From an uncultured Clostridia bacterium (GTDB taxonomy: Bacteria > Bacillota > Clostridia > Christensenellales > UBA1242): DNA of 64,000 nucleotides. The notes beneath the pieces are model-generated. The model saw only the letters and a program-made list of their open reading frames with translations. It was not told the DNA's origin and searched no databases. Shown here one piece after another: positions 58,756-64,000 of this stretch (positions are counted from its first letter, which is position 1; the number at the start of each line of letters is the position of its first letter). Location of the stretch: contig CAKVNM010000004.1 of the NCBI GenBank assembly GCA_934777505.1, forward strand, positions 14,527 through 78,526, in the 5' to 3' direction. Both the position numbers and the translations under genes were made by a program.

Positions 58756-60915
58756 TTAAAACGAATATGTAAAATAATAACTATTTATTGTTTTTAAAAA
58801 GTTGTTTTCTGCCTTTTTGCAAGCAATTCGTTTAACCAAAATTTTACCGTCTAAAATGCCGTTATAAATATCTGGCGTAATGTAGTCAAACACGGCATAG
58901 TAGCAAACTCTGTGTTCAAGATTACCCAACTTTTCTGCATCAATTTTGCTGTTAAAATAGCATACTTTTTCGCCACTATTGTCAATATAAAATCCGTTAA
59001 GTTTGCCGTCAAAAATGATTGCACTAAAATATGTGCTTGCCGTAATGTTCACTCCCAACAAATCGCACGCAACAACATCGCACGAAAGTGTGGAGTTGAT
59101 TCTAGCAATTTCGGTTTGTTCGAGTGCGGAACTGATATATGTTCGCTTTGCTTTAAACAACCTTGCAATAATTCCTAAATTATCAATGTTAGACGAGTCA
59201 CCTGTCAAAACCAAGTAGTCGATTTTGGAAACTTCCATGTTCGATAGCGTTTGTCTTAGCGTTAACATTTCGGTGTCGTCAAGTTCGTCCAAAATCAAAA
59301 TATTCCCGCTTGATTTTGTGCGAACAAGCATTGCGTTTTCGATATTTTCAAACACGGTGTAGTTGTCGTTAAAAGTCGTTGTGTCAACCACCGAAGTTAA
59401 AACAATCATGGTCACAACAAGCATTACGGAAACAACTTTCTTCCAGTTCACTTCTAGTATGTAGTTCGACAGCATGAATATCGCCACATAGTAAATCACT
59501 TCCACCAAACTGTGCATTTTGTTTAGCGTGATAAAGCCCGCAGAACCAATCACGGCGCTGACCGATAGGAACAGGTTGAACACAATTCCAAGCGGGTAGT
59601 AAAGCACGCCAAGTGGCAAAAGAATGTTGACTAGAAACACCACAAACAGTATTCCAAAGTAAATAGAGAATAGCGGAAGAATTAAAATGTTAGACAAAAA
59701 TCCTAGTATCGCAATCTTGCCAAACACACGGATTACAATCGGCAGTGTGAATAGTTGAGCCGAAATCGTAACCGCCAAACTGCTTGCAAAAATTTCTGGA
59801 ATACGGCACTTTTCAAACAATGTTTGAATTGGCCTTGCAATTAGAACAATTCCAAACACAGCGCCAAACGAAAGTTGAAATCCAATGTTGTAAAGATATA
59901 GCGGATTGAGTAGTAGCACAATTATTCCCGCCAGTCCCAAACTCGATAAGCCGTCACTTCTTTTTCCAACCACACGGCTAAGCAAAAAACATAGTGTCAT
60001 AATCGTGGCTCTAACAACACTGCTTGCCATTCCGCAAATTATGCAGTAAAAAATCAAAAATCCCATGCAACCAAAAAATTGCACTTTGCTGTTTGCTTTT
60101 AACTTTTTCAAAACAAACATTATCATCAGAACAATAAAGCCAACATGCAAACCCGACACACTCAAAATGTGTGCAATTCCACTTTTTTGGAACACAATAT
60201 ATTGGTTGTCGTCAATCCCGTTTTTGTCACCAAGAAGTAGCGCCTTCAAAATACCAGCATTTTCGCCACCATAAAGTTCTAGGTCAGCCGTGGTCTTGTT
60301 TTGTATTCTTTCAATCAGCGTCATGTTGTTTGATAAAACTTCAATGTCGCCACTTGCGTATCCGCTAAAAAATATGTTCTTTGTTATCAAATTTTGGTCG
60401 AAACTGGAACTTGCCACGCTTCTTATAAAAATCTTGCCTTCAAATCTTAGGTTGTCGCCAAGTTTGATTTCACTTGCTGTGGTGCTGATTGTAATCTTGC
60501 AGTCAAGGGTGGTGTCGTTAATCTTTATGCTTTCGAGTACTAGCGTGTTTTTGCTTTCGCCTTCCTTAATTTCGCACACTCTGCCAACAATCACTCCGCT
60601 AGCACTTTCGCTTCCGAACCTATTCAAAAGGTCATCACGCTTTTGTGCTTTATAGCCAATCACTGTGCAAAATAAACTTGCTCCCAAAACAATGCTCAGC
60701 ACAAACAAAGCCACAACTTTTAGTCGGTGTGGTCTGCACACTTTGTCTTTTTGAATGAACATCGAAATTATCAGCCCAGCAACGAGCAATCCGCACAAGA
60801 TTAGCAAATATTTGCCCAAACTTTTGCCTAGCAAAAAACTGCCAGACGCCAAAATGCCTGCCATCATTCCAACAAAACATATAAAGAATGGTCTGTAATG
60901 AAGCAATTTTTTCAC
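58756..60915 (-). CDS. comEC: ComEC/Rec2 competence channel protein; C-terminal MBL-like domain degenerate
   Basis: N-terminal TM plus an OB-like region. The polytopic competence domain reads GIAHILSVSGLHVGF. The C-terminal roughly 230 aa lack the HxHxDH motif. Confidence 0.8.
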   Translation of the reverse strand: MKKLLHYRPFFICFVGMMAGILASGSFLLGKSLGKYLLILCGLLVAGLIISMFIQKDKVCRPHRLKVVALFVLSIVLGASLFCTVIGYKAQKRDDLLNRFGSESASGVIVGRVCEIKEGESKNTLVLESIKINDTTLDCKITISTTASEIKLGDNLRFEGKIFIRSVASSSFDQNLITKNIFFSGYASGDIEVLSNNMTLIERIQNKTTADLELYGGENAGILKALLLGDKNGIDDNQYIVFQKSGIAHILSVSGLHVGFIVLMIMFVLKKLKANSKVQFFGCMGFLIFYCIICGMASSVVRATIMTLCFLLSRVVGKRSDGLSSLGLAGIIVLLLNPLYLYNIGFQLSFGAVFGIVLIARPIQTLFEKCRIPEIFASSLAVTISAQLFTLPIVIRVFGKIAILGFLSNILILPLFSIYFGILFVVFLVNILLPLGVLYYPLGIVFNLFLSVSAVIGSAGFITLNKMHSLVEVIYYVAIFMLSNYILEVNWKKVVSVMLVVTMIVLTSVVDTTTFNDNYTVFENIENAMLVRTKSSGNILILDELDDTEMLTLRQTLSNMEVSKIDYLVLTGDSSNIDNLGIIARLFKAKRTYISSALEQTEIARINSTLSCDVVACDLLGVNITASTYFSAIIFDGKLNGFYIDNSGEKVCYFNSKIDAEKLGNLEHRVCYYAVFDYITPDIYNGILDGKILVKRIACKKAENNFLKTINSYYFTYSF

Positions 60916-61205
60916 AAAAAAAGTGTATCACACTTAAAAATTTTTAACTAACACTTTTTGCTCATTGCCCAATATTGCTTAATTATATTATATATACTAT
61001 CATTCTTAATCGTTATATAATCTTAATATATACCTTTCAATCTGCAATAAAAAAACTTTTCGACAAAATTCGATTAAAAAAACTTTTTTAAAAATTTTGA
61101 AAAACCCCGTTTTTTTTGTTGACTACTTTTTTTTACTATCTTATACTATTCATGTTTATAACAAAAGTTGTAAACGATAAAATAAAAATAAAGGAGAAAA
61201 ACAAA

Positions 61206-61763
61206 ATGGTAAACTCAAAGAAAATGAGTAAATCAACAGTTGCGGTTATTCTTCTTAGCCTTCTTTTGGCTTTGAGTCTAATTTTAACAGCAACAGGTGC
61301 ATGGTTTACAGATAGCGCAAACGGCGAAGGCAACACAACTATCAAATTTGGTAAAGTTGATGTTAATGTAAACGGCACAGCAACATTTACAAAGGAGCAC
61401 AAAGCAGAACTTACAGTAGACGGTTGTTCTTGGACAATCAATGGTCTTACTCTTGAAAACGCTTCAACAGTAGACGTTTACTACTCTTACAAAGTAACAG
61501 TAGCAATGGACGGTCTAACAGAAGAAGAAGTTGCTTACTTTACAATCCCAGCAGGCGCATCAGCAGACGCTGTTAAATTGGCAGCTGGTACAGCTGCTCC
61601 AGCACTTAGCGATATCAAAGTTGAATTTAACTCTAATGGCGCTATGAACGGCAGTGCTAAAACTGGTACATTAAAGATTACAGTTAAAATTGCTGCAATC
61701 CAAGCTGACCACGTTACAGCAGAAAATGCTAAGACAGAACTAGACAGACTTCTAACTGCTTAA
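61206..61763 (+). CDS. TasA/camelysin-like secreted protein with SipW-type signal peptide
   Basis: KSTVAVILLSLLLALSLILTATGAWFTDSANG matches the SipW-dependent signal / TasA-family N-terminal motif (GAxFTD). ATG at 61206 follows AAGGAG. Confidence 0.7.
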   Translation: MVNSKKMSKSTVAVILLSLLLALSLILTATGAWFTDSANGEGNTTIKFGKVDVNVNGTATFTKEHKAELTVDGCSWTINGLTLENASTVDVYYSYKVTVAMDGLTEEEVAYFTIPAGASADAVKLAAGTAAPALSDIKVEFNSNGAMNGSAKTGTLKITVKIAAIQADHVTAENAKTELDRLLTA

Positions 61764-61777
61764 TTAGTTTAGCAAAA

Positions 61778-61810
61778 CAAAAAAGAACGGTATTAGCCGT
61801 TCTTTTTTTT
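61778..61810 (+). terminator. Intrinsic terminator
   Basis: Hairpin AGAACGG / CCGTTCT followed by T8. Confidence 0.8.
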
Positions 61811-61821
61811 GTGTATAAAAA

Positions 61822-61850
61822 TTGACTAACACAAATTACTATGTTAATAT
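61822..61850 (+). promoter_or_regulatory. Sigma-A promoter of the DUF3800-like operon
   Basis: TTGACT (61822-61827), 17-nt spacer, TAATAT (61845-61850). Confidence 0.55.
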
Positions 61851-61882
61851 GTTTATGAAAGTACGGAGGAAGTTTATAAAGT

Positions 61883-62599
61883 ATGAAATCAATAATGGAT
61901 TATTACAATATTTATTGTGATGAAAGCTGTCATTTAAAATCCGATAAATCTTCAAAAATAATGGGTATAGCTGGTTTAGTGTGTCCAAATAATAAAGTAA
62001 AAGAGGTTCGTGATGAAATAAATGAAATAAAGAAAAAATATAATATTTCAAAAAATATTGAATTAAAGTGGACTAAAATTTCTTCAAGTAAAAAACAAGC
62101 TTATTTAGATATTGTTAATTTATTTTTTAGGAAAAAATATCTGCATTTTAGAATTGTGCTGGTTGACAAAACAGCTGTTTATGATCAAAATGACGAGTTC
62201 TATTATAAAATTTGTTATTTGTTATTGAGTGCATTGGTAAAGTCCAAGTCGTCATACAATATTTACTTGGATAAGAAAGATACATTAGGTGGGGAGAGAG
62301 TAAATGTTTTAAGGAAATGTTTAAAGCACATAAAAAAGGATTATGATGCTAAGTTGACTAAAATTAAAAATGTTCAAAATATTCAGTCGCATGAAGTAGC
62401 AATAATGCAAATGCTAGATATACTTTTAGGTGCAGTGGTTTATTATAAAAGAGGACTTAAAGGTGTATTAGCAAAAATGGATATTATTAAGTTTATTAAG
62501 CAAGAAACGGGTCTAACACTTGATAAAACAACACCATTATATGAACAAAAATTTAATATACTTTATTTTAAATCGAGTGAATTAAATGAGAAAATGTAA
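61883..62599 (+). CDS. DUF3800-like protein
   Basis: The N-terminal YNIYCDESCH (D-E motif) and C-terminal SHEVAIMQMLDILLGAVVY (Q..D motif) match my recollection of DUF3800 hallmarks. Confidence 0.65.
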   Translation: MKSIMDYYNIYCDESCHLKSDKSSKIMGIAGLVCPNNKVKEVRDEINEIKKKYNISKNIELKWTKISSSKKQAYLDIVNLFFRKKYLHFRIVLVDKTAVYDQNDEFYYKICYLLLSALVKSKSSYNIYLDKKDTLGGERVNVLRKCLKHIKKDYDAKLTKIKNVQNIQSHEVAIMQMLDILLGAVVYYKRGLKGVLAKMDIIKFIKQETGLTLDKTTPLYEQKFNILYFKSSELNEKM

Positions 62600-63125
62600 A
62601 TTTCTAACAAACGCAATATATGTAGACCCTGACAATATAAAAAAATATATAGATGAACAATATGAAAAATTTAAAAAAGATTTCATTGATAATACAACTT
62701 ATGTTGATAATCTTCCTATAAAAGCGACAATTAAGGTAAATAATCAAAATTATGGTGAAATTCTAACGGATGAAAAATACACTCATTCTTGCTTTGCACA
62801 TATTGTTTCAAAAAAAATTAATAAAAATTCCATGAAAAGAAAATTGGATTTACAAAGATTAATGACATGTCATTGGCTTAAAGAATTGATTGAATATTAT
62901 AACACTAATAGTAACTGTCAAACTTGTCGACATTTGCTTACTAAAAAAATAAAGAAAAATAAAGAAGACTTGCTGTATATTTTCTGTGATTGTGTTAGAT
63001 ATTTAATTATCTTAAAGAAGATAAAGGAAAATGATGATGTTTACTACATAGTAAAAACGGCATATTATATAGATTCAGTGTATGAAACTACAGATTATGC
63101 ATATCATAAAAAATTATTATCATGA
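62586..63125 (+). CDS. Unknown Cys/His-rich protein, translationally coupled to the DUF3800-like gene
   Basis: 14-nt overlap with the upstream gene. It contains HSCFAH, CHW, and CQTC-x19-CDC (zinc-ribbon-like). I recognise no family. Confidence 0.6.
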   Translation: MRKCKFLTNAIYVDPDNIKKYIDEQYEKFKKDFIDNTTYVDNLPIKATIKVNNQNYGEILTDEKYTHSCFAHIVSKKINKNSMKRKLDLQRLMTCHWLKELIEYYNTNSNCQTCRHLLTKKIKKNKEDLLYIFCDCVRYLIILKKIKENDDVYYIVKTAYYIDSVYETTDYAYHKKLLS

Positions 63126-63381
63126 AAAATGTGTATAAAAAAACGCACATATGCAATAGTGCGTTTCTCATCTCCTCCTACTCTTGGTTAGGTGAGTATA
63201 GGAACACCTTTGTGTTCAATAAGATATTACAATATATTGGAACCGGTTGTCAACACTTTTCTAAAAAAAATCTAAAAAAGCAAATATTTTGTAATATCTT
63301 AATAATATTATATGTAGAAATTAGGAAAAAATCCATTAACGGTGCCATTTTAAGATGGAATAATAAATAAAATTTATTGAT

Positions 63382-63415
63382 AAAAAAAGAGCATATCAAA
63401 CTATGCTCTTTTTTG
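63382..63415. terminator. Bidirectional terminator
   Basis: Hairpin AGAGCATA / TATGCTCT flanked by an A-run and a T-run. Confidence 0.75.
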
Positions 63416-63427
63416 TTTATTATAGGT

Positions 63428-64000
63428 CTAAGAATTTTCTTCCGTTGTTTCGGTGTCTTGCAGTTTGTAGTAGTAAAATTTGTTATCTTTCACGGCAAAG
63501 TAGTCGTTGTTTGGCATTTCAAAAACTTTGTCATGATTTCCAAACTCGGTGGTTTCGATGATTGTAACGGTGGAATTATATTGTTTTATGTGGGTTTTTA
63601 GCATTTTGTCATAGTACTTGATGTAAAGATTTGCGTGGTAGTTTGTATTTTCCACAAAATCGTAGTATCTCATTGTAACATTTGTTCCGCTGTGGAGTTG
63701 CCAACGATTAGTATCTCTAAGAATTGAACCGTATGAGCAATCGCCTGTTTTTGTTACAGCCGTACCATAAATTGTTGGAATATTTGTAGTGTTATTGTTG
63801 TATAGCCTTGAACCAAAAAACATAAAGTAGTCGCCAGAAGTTAGTTTGGTTGACATACTAACATAGTTTTTTGTTTCTGGATAGTAGTTATAGTTTTCCA
63901 TTGATTTTTTATTTTTCATTGAGCAGGTAAACATTACAAAAGAATTTCCTTGTGTGACTGTATCGAACATATTAACATTATTAAGCAGGGTCTGGGTGCT
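63428..64000 (-). CDS. Unknown protein, C-terminal part (frame stays open to the right window edge)
   Basis: Track ORF 63428-63970. The same frame continues without a stop to position 64000, so the true start is probably outside the window. The sequence is Asn/Tyr/Thr-rich and I recognise no family. Confidence 0.5.
   Translation of the reverse strand, partial: STQTLLNNVNMFDTVTQGNSFVMFTCSMKNKKSMENYNYYPETKNYVSMSTKLTSGDYFMFFGSRLYNNNTTNIPTIYGTAVTKTGDCSYGSILRDTNRWQLHSGTNVTMRYYDFVENTNYHANLYIKYYDKMLKTHIKQYNSTVTIIETTEFGNHDKVFEMPNNDYFAVKDNKFYYYKLQDTETTEENS

Noticed and set aside
63122-63601. Track ORFs 63122-63370 (+) and 63377-63601 (+)
   Set aside because: The first spans a terminator hairpin and the inverted repeat, with no RBS. 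The second is antisense to the better-supported minus-strand gene 63428-64000.
1-64000. CRISPR arrays, rRNA genes, IS elements/transposases, prophage structural genes
   Set aside because: Scanning by eye, I found no regularly spaced 25-40 bp repeats, no rRNA-like conserved blocks, and no DDE or IS200-type transposase motifs in any listed ORF. The only recombinase is the serine integrase at 5539-7071.

Overview
Chromosome segment from a low-GC, spore-forming Firmicutes-type organism. It uses the standard genetic code: RF2 has its programmed +1 frameshift, and yabP-yabQ-divIC and spoIIE are present. Positions 1-7.1 kb look like the right end of an integrative defence island. It carries a HerA-like ATPase (cut by the window edge) plus SIR2, and a small orphan gene. 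It also has an HTH-fused C5 cytosine methyltransferase convergent with a C-protein / HNH nuclease / unknown-protein operon, with a recognisable C-box. The island ends in a large serine recombinase whose stop codon lies inside a convergent tRNA-Ser(UGA). Positions 7.1-9.0 kb are AT-rich and gene-poor, with one XRE-HTH gene embedded in helically phased TGTCGAA direct repeats. Positions 9-61 kb are mostly core genome: mscL, radC, glyQS, a P-type ATPase, rmuC, a VanW/G5 protein, an M1 peptidase, a YycJ-like MBL protein, HtrA, prfB, tsaD, dut, gltX, ABC-F, trpS, rubrerythrin, typA, dnaB, rpmG-secE-nusG-rplK-rplA-rplJ-rplL, rplI, sporulation genes, holA and comEC, interspersed with secreted or unknown proteins. 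Notable non-standard signals in this core are a DnaA-box cluster (20.45-20.66 kb), duplicated L1-type leader hairpins with compensatory changes, tandem metzincin-like paralogues, a divergent diadenylate-cyclase-fold protein with an unknown N-terminal domain, and a ComEC whose C-terminal domain has lost its metal-binding histidines. Positions 61.8-63.2 kb hold a self-contained AT-rich operon of a DUF3800-like protein plus a Cys/His-rich partner. This operon is my best candidate for an undescribed defence-like module. I saw no rRNA, CRISPR array or transposase. All family calls come from motif recognition by eye, not database searches.
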